Assembly: GCA_040954595.2 (NCBI GenBank)
Contig: CM082590.2
Coordinates: 5,518,001-5,582,000, forward strand
Source: Balanoglossus misakiensis
Taxonomy: Eukaryota > Animalia > Hemichordata
Direction of reading: 5' to 3'
Length of the DNA stretch: 64,000 nucleotides
Positions 26,201-48,799 of the stretch are shown here, piece after piece. Positions within the stretch are counted from its first letter, which is position 1. Each line of letters begins with the position of its first letter. The position numbers and the translations under genes were made by a program. The notes beneath the pieces are model-generated. The model saw only the letters and a list, made by a program, of their open reading frames with translations, did not search any database and was not told the DNA's origin.

Positions 26201-27077
26201 AATGTTGAAATCTCGTAGATTGACTAGACTATAAGTGCGACTGAAACACCGTTCGCTTACAATCAACATTTGTGTCACCTTGAATGAACTCGCCTACAGG
26301 TCAGAAAGGTCATTGTCTTTTGATATGGTAATTGGTATCTATGTGGAGTGAGCCACTGTAGAGATGCTTATCAGACTCTGGAATGATTGACTATACAGTA
26401 ATAAAGACATAGATTGAAAACGATTGATTGTGATAACAAAATATGACGAGCAGTTTATTACAAGTGAAATCTTTGTATGTCCAGCACAAACAACGAACAG
26501 TCTCCATGATGTTAATTGTTACAAGTTGTGTGCCCCACCCACAGTCTCTCCATGATGTTAATTGTTACAAGTTGTGTGCCCCACCCACAGTCTCTCGATC
26601 CACACAGACACCTCACTCAGAACTCACGGATTGACTGACTGAATTCCACAGATGTTTGGACAGTCATTGTCATGCAGAACAAATCAGAGCTTCGCGTGTA
26701 GACAGACATTTTAGGGGTACAATACACGCATAGCACAGAGCTGGTTGGAGCTGACTTGCAATTGGAGCCCACATATATTGCCGTGTCTACAAGTTGTTGT
26801 GTGCCATGTTGTATTTCATCGACAATTTGTCAAGTTTTCACAACTGTCATTTTGCTGCGACATGTTCTGTCCGAGCGGTAATTTGTAAATTTTGTCCATC
26901 AAAAGTTTCATTCCACCCGAAACATGAATAATGTCAGCAGACGGATATTTATTCTGAAACACCTGATGATTAGATTATGGGCGTCCATGACCAGAGACGG
27001 AATTCTACAAACTCAGAAACTGTTGCCCGTTCAGTTCAAGGGTCACTTACCAGTGACCTCCATTCCTGGGAAGCCAT
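8297..27077 (-). CDS. Ankyrin repeat-Roc-COR-Death domain ROCO protein (DAPK1-like, kinase-less), 19 exons, about 1123 aa
   Basis: GT-AG exons in transcript order: 27051-27077 (MASQEWRSL, acaATGG), 23192-23290, 20324-20422, 19936-20034, 17379-17477, 16429-16527, 16152-16250, 15887-15985, 15614-15712, 14741-14854, 14026-14124, 13141-13254, 12313-12378, 12000-12119 (P-loop GDGGVGKT), 11386-11625 (PTPGI, WDFAG), 10914-11058 (ILVASRAD), 10585-10733 (LNCR), 9807-9986, 8297-9622 (COR: VVLDPNWLC, GFFPRLQ, LWRNG; C-terminal death fold). Phases are compatible and the total of 3372 nt is open. Confidence 0.88.
10763..10860. repeat. (ATAC)n microsatellite in a ROCO intron
   Basis: Direct reading. Confidence 0.95.
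12660..15860. repeat. About 1.6-kb tandem segmental duplication, each copy carrying one C-type and one B-type ankyrin exon
   Basis: Near-identical sequence at an offset of about 1600 bp (12699 vs 14298; exons at 13141 vs 14741). Confidence 0.92.
17746..19910 (+). pseudogene. 5'-truncated hAT transposon with decayed ZNF862-like transposase, in a ROCO intron
   Basis: ORF pieces (D/Y)GAAVM...VHCVCQRLALA, RWLS, and hAT dimerisation motif CVPVSNA*PERGASTLKNVKTRLRSRL with an in-frame stop and frameshifts. Right end is GTGAAACCCCTG at 19910. The left TIR is absent. Confidence 0.88.
18691..19073. mobile_element. Non-autonomous hAT-like MITE nested in the transposase, 6-bp TSD GAAGTT
   Basis: TIR CAGAGGTCGCG / CGCGACCTCTG with flanking GAAGTT repeats. 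Removing it restores the frame HNEEV-AVKENKTQKLVNEFTQLKY. Confidence 0.88.
20808..21005. mobile_element. About 200-bp Tc1/mariner-like MITE (TA TSD, CTGTAAAAC TIR); other copies 35703-35908, 36970-37178, 54215-54421, 60209-60421 and several partials
   Basis: TA-CTGTAAAACAC...GTGTTTTACAG-TA with internal TTTCGCGA repeats. Confidence 0.85.
22326..22511. mobile_element. Palindromic repeat element with CTCG-GGC-TAT-GCC-CTCG core
   Basis: ACACATGATGACTGAC...GTCAGTCATCATGTGT inverted arms. Confidence 0.7.
23643..24306. mobile_element. Repeat element ending in a palindrome (24157-24306) with CTCG-ACGC-TGC-GCGT-CTCG core
   Basis: ATAAGGTTATTCACAAAATACCGGGA / TCCCGGTATTTTGTGAATAACCTTAT, plus an inner TATTATACACCT / AGGTGTATAATA inverted repeat. 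Confidence 0.6.
24869..26425. repeat. 192-bp direct repeat (24869-25060, 26234-26425) flanking a foldback element fragment
   Basis: Near-identical 192-bp copies. Between them, 25052-25280 is inverted relative to 25675-25900. Confidence 0.85.
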
Positions 27078-27155
27078 TGTTATGTCATTAACATTGCCTT
27101 GGCATTCATTCACTAATTACATCATTTAGCACCCGTCTTTTGTTCGAACGTCCAG

Positions 27156-27222
27156 TTATATAACTCCAGGTTGGACAAGTGAAAGTCCTTTGGTTCCAAG
27201 ATGGCGTCGTCTTGTCACGTGA
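27156..27222 (-). promoter_or_regulatory. Putative ROCO core promoter: TATA-like box, IRF-type site, YY1 motif, E-box
   Basis: TTATATAA 27156-27163 lies about 80 bp upstream of the ATG. Also AAGTGAAAGT 27177-27186, CAAGATGGCG 27197-27206 and GTCACGTGA 27214-27222. Confidence 0.45.
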
Positions 27223-30200
27223 TTTAGGAGGTAATGGGCGACTTCAAATAAATGGGGGACAGGGGGGAACAGACTACTAATTTTGAACCCAGGTGGGGCA
27301 CTCACTTTATGGCTCGTCTAGACTTTTGACACACCGATTTTGGATAGAATGAAGTCTTTTGACCAGTATTAAACTGAAGGACGACTTTTGAAGCCGGATT
27401 TTGACCGACAATTGAGTTTGTGTTTTGGAGTTTTTACAGCAGAGTCTCCCCCGGGGTCGTTACGCTGCAAAGAAAAAACAGAATGTTCCGGTTTATAGAG
27501 AATCTTGTCGTTAAATGAAAAATCAGAATTTGCCAACAAAACTTATTTAGTTTCTATCATATTAGTATCCAGCTACTCTCCCTTAATGAATCCATGAGCT
27601 TTAACTTTTTTGGGTCACGAAATTCATTTTCAAACTGTGTGAATATTTAATTCAGGTCAAACAGATTGTATGAAATGAAGTATATACACATATTATAAAC
27701 TCTATTAAGTATGGGTGCATATGCAAGTTTTAACCAGATAAACAACGGAACATGGCGGCCACTACGGGAAAATGCAAAATTCAATGAAAACAGTGCATTC
27801 CCCTCTTTGAAACTTTATCACCAAAGCATATTTCACTTCGAAAATTTGCCGAACACTTTGAAATAGTCCGTAGACTTACTGTTGCAATTATGGTGAGAGA
27901 ATTGTCTGTTGAATTGAAAGTCTCTGAAAGTCTGAACAGAGAGACGAGCAAGAAGACAAATCAGAAGAGCCCAGAAAAGGATCGAGTATGAACTACATTG
28001 CAAACCAAACATTGTCACATTCATTGTACATTATAATGTTTAAACAGTGTATAGTTTGAATAGTACTGGCCGGGGTTCGCTGGTATGTAGGTCGACATGC
28101 CTATGCATGCGGAGGAAGGTGTTGTCATAGCAACACACAGCCTTGTCACGCCAAACGGGAATGCTGTATGTTGAAGGGCCTAATCGGGGGTCTGCAGCAC
28201 GTCCCTTCATAAATTTAAGGGTGGACTAATTTATATCCTGGCTAGAAGTGGCGGCCTGCTAGATTGCGTGGCAACGACAGATTTGCTTTTGCCCATGGCG
28301 TGAAGTCTTCAGTAATATTATGAAGGGTATAGGCCGAAAGAAATAGGGGGGGGGGGGTCATACTTTTGAAACCTGTCTATTAGGGAGGATCACATTCTAC
28401 AAAACTGACTCTAGGGGGGGGGGGGCAGAGGTCCGATTTTAGAAAGGGATGTTGGGGGCAGGGTCACCGTTACATGATGGACCGTCCCCAATTTCCCCCA
28501 ACCCACAGCTGTAATTACTGAAGCCTCCCTTAAGGTCAAAATCCACGAAAGCATCAATATGGGATTTTGAGAGCCATAGAGATTTGGAAAGTGTTCATTT
28601 ATACGCAATTTGGGTATATTCCTGGGGAGTTCAAAAGTATATTTTTCTTCTTTAATTCATGAAAACGTTGCTAATATCAGTTCTGTGCCACAAAAATCAA
28701 GCTAATATTGTTTATATAACATTTACAGGTTATTTACGACAAATTTATTGTCTATTTTTTTATTTATTTATTTTATTTAATTCATTCATATCAAACACAG
28801 GAAGTTTGTCTACTTAGGTTAGGATGACTGAAACAGGTGTGAATCACCTATACAGAGCCAGTTGAGAATAAAAATGCCTTGCTCAAGGGCACAACATCTT
28901 GGCCATAAAGTCACATGACCATTCTCAAATAGAAAATCCATGGCCATGTCCATGTCTGACCACTAGGCCTAGATGTCTTCTTGAATGTATTTCATCTATG
29001 GATGTTTTACTATTTCAAATTGAAGTTGCGTCATTTCCACTCAGAAGTCAAATAATGAAGCGACTTGTTAGAATTTGTCCTCTCTCGTATACTGGTTATC
29101 TTCATCTTGATTGTGTGCTGAAATATTATGAGGGATTTTATTCTGAAAATTGTCACAAGAAGCCAAAACTTCCCTTTATTTTCTTCTTGGCGACTATGGT
29201 CGATTTATTTCCATAGTGTGTCACATTCCAATGGAATGAATTGTCTTTCTCCCCATGAAAAAACATCTAGCCCCCTTAGGATACCAAATGATGACTCCCT
29301 GAGTACTTAACTCAGTGCCAAGTCTTCAAACATCCAAAGGATAATTTGCCTGATAGTAGTTTTCTCTATAATCAATATCACTTGCAACTACAACACAACC
29401 ATGAACTGTTACACAGAAAAGAACTTGCTTCTCTTTTTCTTTCTTTAAAGGTTGCGAGGTGAACCAGTCACAAATCAACATCGTAACCAGGGTAACTTCC
29501 CATTTCATGTCAAAGGTCATACTTCTATCCTCTGCTCGCATTAATAGTGATGTTTTGTCTGTTTGGGGGGGGGGGCGATTTCTGAGGGAGACTACACTTT
29601 CTACACGCTCAATCTTGAAGGTAGCTGTGTTGTGATTGGTTATCTACACATTTGTCTCAGGAGGCAACCAATCAAAGCACGGTTTACTTTCCAGGAGTTG
29701 AGTGAACAGAAGTGGGTTTGCTTTCAATACGTTGGTTGTTTCCACAAAAATCAGTCCTCAAAACTCTTCCATGCTTTTTGAATAAACGTGTAAGCAAAGT
29801 CTATTTGAAAAAACAAAGAAGATTTTCATCACCTTGGTTTCATAAAAAAATCAATAATGTTCACCATGGATTTAACACAGATTAGCAGCCATCTTGAATT
29901 TCAAATTTGAGACAATTTTGTCATTTAAATTTTTTACGATGAATAATGATCTGTTTTCTCAATTTGTAGAGAGAATTATCTAAAGTTGTATTGAGGAAAA
30001 TATGAACTCAATTTTCAGACTGAATTTGAAGGTGCATGTTAAAACCAAACATGAGAAGCAAGTGGGAATAGTTCATGTCTTGTATTGCAATAATTTGGCG
30101 GCCCATGTTCCACTCGGGAGAAAAAATGCCAACGAAGGAGACACACATATACACAAAAGATTGCAAAAGTAAATGATTTATTTTAAAAACATCAAGGATT

Positions 30201-30628
30201 AAAAGACACAAAAATCCTTCTGGCAGTGAAGAAGCAGTAAAAGATTCAATTCTCAAGTCTTCATTAAAAGATATCTAAAATCTGCAGTTGATGAAACTGC
30301 ATTGCAAAGGATTGGTAAAATTTGTAATATTCATATCCAAGATGAGGTCATACATCGAAAAAACATTTAACCCTTTCACCCCAATTTTACTCTTCAAAGG
30401 TTCAACCCCACATAGAAACCAACAGGTTTGGACTGAACCATTGTGGTGATAGGGTACAAAGCACCCCAGTTTCCACAAAACATAAGTTGTGATCTGTGAA
30501 AATCAACAAGATTTCATTGGCAGGCTCCTGTAAGCTTTGCAGACTGTTACTTTAAAATTCTCATTTATAAAAATGGACTTGCAGGGCAATCACACGCTGA
30601 CCATCAAATTCAGTGTAACTTTCATTAA

Positions 30629-30994
30629 GGATGTACAACTGTTAAAAGTGAAAGTTATTGTCATTTTTATGGAAGATTTTAAGTTGCCCAGGCTTTTCTA
30701 AGTGTACCAAAAATCTGTAACAAAATATAGGGGTCACTGTGCTTGTTTTTGAAATACAAAGCTGTGAATTTAGCCAAACTTAAAAACAGCTGAGTAATTT
30801 TTTTTACCAATGGGTGTCTATGGGCCGAAAAAAGTTATTTCAAAATTGAGTGTGTGCATGGTGACCACAATATATTGTTTGAGTTCTGATTTAAAATCCC
30901 TGAAATGACGATAGTAGAAGTGCGTTTTCTGGGAATTCTCAATGTAATCCTCTGGGAGAGACATATTCCATGTGCTCCAAGTGTGCGTATGTCC
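30629..30994. mobile_element. Kolobok-like MITE (TTAA TSD, GGATGTAC termini)
   Basis: TTAA-GGATGTAC...GTATGTCC-TTAA, homologous to 34698-35112. Confidence 0.75.
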
Positions 30995-31785
30995 TTAACT
31001 GACCATCAGCACCAATGCTGCAATAGAACAGAAATTTATGGTTAGAAATTGAAGCATTTCACACCCAAATTGAATTCTGCCTCACGAAAATTAGTTTTTT
31101 TTTTGGAATCATGACATACCTCCGACAATGGGTCAACAATTCCAAAGGTTACATGTCCATCATTACTTCACAAGTTCCATCCAGGGACCAATTACTGTGG
31201 ATAAGAAATGAATTAGAAATTTGGCATCTGTTTCGACTTTCCACTCAGAGACATCTAGATCTCAACGCTTGTATTGAACTTGCTAATCTCAATCACAGAA
31301 AAGAAACATACTGCTACAAATACTACTACCATACCTTGAGTATATACCATAAAAGCTTGACTATACTCATCTATTTCCACGTGTGTAGTCTTCATGGGCT
31401 CTCTATTCCCCCTATATAACCTTGTGTATACGATAATAACAGGTCTATACTCAGATATCTATCTTACCACTGACATCTTCTGGTGTATTCTAACACTGTT
31501 GGTCATGTGACACGTCTAGACTATATACACCATATAGCTGTTCTACTCCACTGGTCGTCTCTCGTCTATAGCTGTCTATAACCATCGCCTTGTTCTCTAC
31601 AGCTGTCCTTCTCTATATAGCTGTCTAGTCACCGCCTCTCATCGCCTTGTTCGCTAGAACTGTCTTGTCACACAGCCCAATATAATTTCTCACTACAGCT
31701 GTTTTGCCATATCTTCTCTACAGTTGTCTACAGCCGCGGCCTCGTGCTTGCTATCGCTGTCTAGTTGTAGTCTCATTCTACAGTA

Positions 31786-32372
31786 CTACGGTTATCATCT
31801 TAGCGTCCCGAAACATAGTCTCGGTTACCCAGACGCCTTTGCTTCTTCCGATGCTCTCCAGAAAAGGGTCTGGGGAAATGCTATTGAAAGCTTTGTAAAA
31901 CAAAATGGCCGATGTCAGGATTTTGATCATCGCCTGATTGGCTGAGCTGTCAGTATGACCCGGGAAGAGCAAAGGCGTCTGGGTAACCGAGACTACCCGA
32001 AACACTGATAAGAACTCCAATATAATTAGCCAGAGTAAACTGAGATTGCTACGCTGAAGTCGGCATCTGGTTACGTTCGTTTTGATCATTAGAACTGATT
32101 AGAGCAGTTCTGTATCAACACACTCTAGGGGGTGTCCTGCTTCGAACATGTCTAAAACACACCTGTACACATTTGTAAAGAGATTTTACACAGTGTCAGT
32201 TTTGAAGCAGGATGCCCCTGTGGTACATGTTGATACAGAGCTATGTAATCAGTTATAATGATCATTGCAAATGTAACCATATGCGGACTTCAGCATAAAA
32301 ATCTCAGTTTACTCTGGCTAATTATATTGGAGTTCTTATCAGTGTTTCGGGACGCTAAGATGATAACCTTAG
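31786..32372. mobile_element. Long palindromic MITE with TA flanks (Tc1/mariner-like)
   Basis: Arms CTACGGTTATCATCTTAGCGTCCCGAAACACTGATAAGAACTCC... and its reverse complement ending GATAACCTTAG, flanked by TA. Confidence 0.75.
31816..31995. mobile_element. Academ-like MITE (TAG...CTA, 9-bp TSD) nested in another palindromic MITE
   Basis: TIR TAGTCTCGGTTACCCAGACGCCTTTGCT. TSD CCCGAAACA at 31807-31815 and 31996-32004. Confidence 0.85.
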
Positions 32373-34189
32373 TAATTGCTGTCTCTACGGTCACTGCAAT
32401 TCCTGTGTATAGCCTCTCGATTGTAATTCCCTGTAAACTTGGAGTTTGTAGCACGGCAGATCTTGTCTACAGGCCGGTTTTATCATACCCACTGAGAACT
32501 ATTTCTTGATATCCAAATGAACATTTTTTAAGGCAGAATGCAACTCGAAAATAAGAGAATCTCAATTTGCCTTGATTATGAGCAAAATGTGAGAAAAAGA
32601 AAGACGCTTTGAAACCAAAAATTTGCGGTGGCCAGGCATAATTTTGAATGAGAAAGCGAAACTGTTCGAAATTTGAAATTCAAGATGGCTGCCATTCAAT
32701 GTGTTAACCCTATGTACAAAAAAATTAATGATTTTTGAGATTTTTTTTTTTTTTGGAGGGGGGGGGGGGTTCAAAAAGACTCCTCATACACTTTAAAATA
32801 CCCAAGAATTAAAAATGACTGAGGTGCATAACTACCTTATATGGACGAAGTCTCTCTCGCTGCCCGTTGTCCATCAATTCTGTTTGATACAAGACACTGT
32901 TTATATTATTCTGCATGTAGATATTTAGTGAATCAACGTTCGACCACATGCAAGTTTTTCAATCTCGTGTAAGTTGTGTGGTCGAATGGTGATTCACTAT
33001 ATATCCACATGTAGAATAACATAAACAGTGTCTTGTATCAAACATAATTGATGGAAAAAGGGCAGCGAGAGAGAGACTTTGTCCCTTTAAGGTGCACGTT
33101 TAACAGTTCATCTGAAATTTTGCAGCAGAAAATGCTTTGAACAAGTTCGACATTTAAACTAAACGAGACTGAAATGTTTGACTAAAGGAAGTCATAAAAT
33201 ACAGTCAACATATTTTTTGGAACTCTTACAGTGAGGTGCCGCCCTCATTCCCACAATGCAATTCTCCCGACCTTAAATAGGTTTAACCCTTTCTGGCCGG
33301 ATATCCTATATATAGGAGAAATTCGGATACGTTCCCAGAAAGCCAGGCTTGAAAGGGTTAAGCTACCTAAGTGAGTGATGACAATCTCATATGGTCGACA
33401 CAATTTCAAGATGGCCGATATTTGCCATGTTTAAGAGATACTGGGTCATTCTGAAACTTTGTAACAGAAAAAATAACAAAATGTGTTTAAATATGCTAAC
33501 TGCAAAGACAGACCTGTTTGACCAAAGGAAGTCATGAAATACAGTAAACATATTTCTTCTATCTCTTACTACAGTGGGTTGTTGACTTTTTACCCAGAGT
33601 GCAACTATTATATGATTTGACCCCCTAGCACAAAGTGAAAACCTATTTAAGGCAGCCAGAATTGTAATGCATGTTGACCCTCTAGCATAAGGTAGAAACC
33701 GAATAATTTCGTTCTATCGACTATTGTTCATTTCAGGTGTGTTGTGGGCATTATTCAACAAAGTGACTTTGTGGCTCAAAAGCTAGATAACCACTCCCTC
33801 CCTTTCAAAGTCAACACTTCAGTAAATAAGAGTTTATATGAAATGGGGGCGGGGTGTTAGGGGGGGGGGGTCACACAAGGCATGCGACTTTGTATTGGCA
33901 TTTACATCACCCGATCAGATGTGATCATATACATAAGTAACCATGGAAACGAGACATGATGAATCAGCCAGGAGCAGAGGGACTGAGGTGGGGATATTCA
34001 CCCTCTCGCCCCCAGTTCCCTCTTTTGAGATCCAACTTTAGCACAGAAAACAATGGATTTGGACAAAACCACGGAGGGGGAAAAGGGTGAAACTTGGTAT
34101 CAGACACACATCTGGGACAGAAAACGATTTGGCATCTATTTGACAATCGCCCAAAACGCAGCAATGAAACAAATGTTCAAGGGATCCAG

Positions 34190-34625
34190 CATCTTCAACA
34201 TAAAAATACTTTTATTAAAAATTTGTGAAGTTACATGCATCCTTTTGTTTTCTTCGTTGAGAATCTTGGAATCACATGTGGCCATGGTAACGCCAGTTTC
34301 ACAGACAATGGACGTATATTGTTACAATGAAGGAAGCAAACAGGTAAACAATCTATAATTTGTATGATATTAACAGACATTATATATTTTCTAATCTTGG
34401 TTTAGATATGAAAATAGAAAAAATCAAGGCCCCCCATTGGACAGAAGTAATTTAAATAGGTACAAGCATATTCATGCAAAACCCAACTTTCCTTGATTGT
34501 TTTAACTTAGTTTTGTTTGAAAAGATTTAAAAGGCTATAAATAGAGTTCTGGCTAAAAAGACAATTGTGAGCCCCTGACTAGCTTCACTGTAGACTTTAT
34601 TGAGAATCCTGCACTAGCTATACAC
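34190..34625 (-). other. Probable non-coding terminal exon (3' UTR) of the hnRNP A gene
   Basis: Acceptor-like TTTATTGTTAG at about 34625, AATAAA (minus strand) at 34211-34216, U-rich UTR-like sequence. The donor at 36113 requires a downstream exon. Confidence 0.45.
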
Positions 34626-34697
34626 TAACAATAAACACACAATAAAAGCAGAAAAAAAAAGTAACTTCTCTAACATGATTTCAAGTCGTTCATTTAA

Positions 34698-35112
34698 GGA
34701 TGTACCTTCGTCAAAATTGAAAGTATTGTCATTTTTTATAATTGTGGATTTTTGCATTCTCCTGTGTGTGTATAATGAAATTCTGTAATCAAATATAGGG
34801 GTCACCGTGCTTGTTTTTGAAATACAGAGCCATGAATTTCGTCGATAATAGAAGAAAACTGCTGACTCAGCATTTTTCACCAATGGTTCGTCCCTATAGG
34901 CAAAATTTTTAACGCAATTTATCTCAAAATAGAGTGCAGTGACCCCTATATTTTATTTGACCAGTGAATTTATATTTGCTGGACTGAGCTATGGGTAACA
35001 TTTCGTGAAAATGACAATAGTAGAAGTTTGTTTTCTAGCGATTATCAATGTAATCCTATGGGAAAAAGACGAGTGCGTGAAGTTTTTCGGTTTATGTTCT
35101 GCGCGTACATCC
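34698..35112. mobile_element. Kolobok-like MITE (TTAA TSD, GGATGTAC termini)
   Basis: TTAA-GGATGTAC...GTACATCC-TTAA. Confidence 0.8.
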
Positions 35113-35702
35113 TTAAAATAACACAAAGGGATTCTCTCTCTTCCAGGTATATTGTCTGGCGATGTCAAGAAATGTACACAGAAGGACAAAAAAGTGGCGT
35201 GGTCTATCTGCAGTGCCTTACGGACAGGCAAACTGTCTTCCCGGTAAACGGCAAATGTCTAGTCTCTATTCTATTGCAGTCAGCAGTGAATCTGGCTGTC
35301 AGCTGTGCTTTCCTAACAACCAACTGCACTTCCTGGCTGTAGATAATCAGTCACATATACTTCCTGTCTGACTATCATATGCATATCATCTGCATATCAT
35401 CTCTCCAACTGTGGTCTGACTATGTTTAACTCCTGGCTGTGAAAATCCACTGTCTCATTCTATATCTGCCTCTATACCTCAGTCTATAATTTCACTTGTC
35501 CTAGACATAATAAAAAAACATACCATGTTATTCAGATATAAACTTACTATATCTTAACCTCAGCCTAAACTGAGGGCTCTCTCTCCATGTAAGTAGCTCA
35601 AGTATACATACAGATAGGAATGTGTGATATCTGCTTACAACATGCACGACTGACAGTCTGGAAAATGTTAGTCTACATATAGCAGCTGATTTGTAGTAGG
35701 CA

Positions 35703-35908
35703 CTGTAAAACACCTTATTTTCGCGAGTTAAAATTTTCGTGATATCGAGAGAGGCCACTATTTCGCGAGTATTAATTTTCGCGGTCTCTTATTTTATTCA
35801 CTGCATCGTTATCTTTAAAAAAATTACGCGACGTTTTATTTTCACACTGTTTTGGCTCTCGCGTATTTCGCAAAAAATTTATTGCTCCGGAAATAAAGTG
35901 TTTTACAG
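35703..35908. mobile_element. Tc1/mariner-like MITE (CTGTAAAAC family)
   Basis: Same TIRs and internal sequence as 20808-21005. Confidence 0.8.
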
Positions 35909-36135
35909 TAGAGCAGTTGATTTGTGGTAGGTAGTTTATAACACCTATTAGAGTACTCAATTTCTCAGCAAATTACTCTGCTGTTAGAAACAGCCAAATC
36001 CGACACGGGTGATGAGAATTAATCCGCAGAACTCAGATTATGGCTGCAAACAACGTGTGTGTGTGTGGGGGGGGGGGGGGGGGGCTGTTGGAAACCCTGG
36101 CACACTTGCTTACCGTAAGTACTGGCGTGTGTCGT

Positions 36136-47673
<11,538 letters not shown>

Positions 47674-47699
47674 TTTTACTGTTGATTTTCGCTGCACCG

Positions 47700-47830
47700 C
47701 CGATGAAACGCCACGCTGCTGTACACAAAATGGTGTCCCTTCCGCTGTCGCGTCTACCCTGGTCACGTGACGCGGATTAGCCGAACGCTTTACGAAAGCG
47801 TCCGAGAGACGCCGAGGACAAGTGGTTGAA
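47700..47830 (-). promoter_or_regulatory. CpG-rich hnRNP A promoter/5' UTR with GTCACGTGAC E-box
   Basis: GGTCACGTGAC at 47761-47771 in CpG-rich sequence directly upstream of the first coding exon. Confidence 0.5.
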
Positions 47831-48644
47831 ACCATTAATTTATCGGGGGTGGTTCCAACAATGAATCGAGTGTCGGTTTGGGGAACTGTTTCATTCTTTT
47901 GATAATGAACCAACGCGGAAAATCTGCACATAAATAGCTCCTCGTGAAATGTTAGTTTCGCTGGTTCTTCACGCTGTGCAGTCTGCAGACAGGGCTTCGT
48001 CTGACACTCAATGTCAGAACCATTTTATTTCTGGAGGGGGTAGGGGAGTTGAATTTGTCAGCGATTTCTTTTTCAGCCACCGTTTTTAATACATCACTTT
48101 TTTTTCTATTGCCAGCCCCACTTTGTTGTCATTCAAGGCAATGCATTTTTCCTTTCCACGCCAGCTATTTCCCCCCTCAAAAAATCTTCCACCCCCATGA
48201 AATCAAACACCCCCCCCCCCCCCCCTCCAAATGGCATTGGGCTATTTTTGTCAGAGGCTATTGACACCAGTGCCCTGATTGGCCAACTTATGTTTTGGCT
48301 CAACAGGTTTTGAATTCAGAGTTGTTTATACATGATAATACATGGCACGTAATTTCTGAAGTTATCTGTACCGCGCACTGAAATAACATTTTCTCACACT
48401 CCTGGCACACTGGGAGTGTGAGGACAGAGTGTGAGAACAAATCGATCCCTCATTCTCACTGTATCGATAGCTGTAGATGACACGAGCGCTGATTGGTTGA
48501 CAAAGAGTTCTTTTGCAAACGCGCACTAAATGTTATCCTATGGCGCGATGTGTATTATAGGGACAGAGACTACAACTTGCCCAGACGACAGTTCCAGAGT
48601 CATATATTCAACGAATTTGGCTAATTTGTGGTCGTGTGAGAAAA

Positions 48645-48797
48645 AGAATCTCACACACCAAGGACCTGGGATCAATGCACATTTCTCAGACTCGTCGGGG
48701 ATTTTTTGTCCCACACTCGCCTGCGGCTCGTGTGGGACAGAAAATCCTCAACTCGTGTGAGAAATACGATCCCAGGTCCTTGGGAGTGTGAGATTCT
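48645..48797. mobile_element. Palindromic repeat element with CTCG-CC-TGC-GG-CTCG core
   Basis: AGAATCTCACAC-CCAAGGACCTGGGATC / GATCCCAGGTCCTTGG-GTGTGAGATTCT. Confidence 0.7.
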
Positions 48798-48799
48798 AT

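Noticed and set aside
27300-30000. DAPK kinase-domain exons upstream of the ankyrin exons
   Set aside because: No kinase motifs (GxGxxG, HxDLKPEN, DFG) found. A Kozak ATG exon with promoter motifs lies at 27051-27222.
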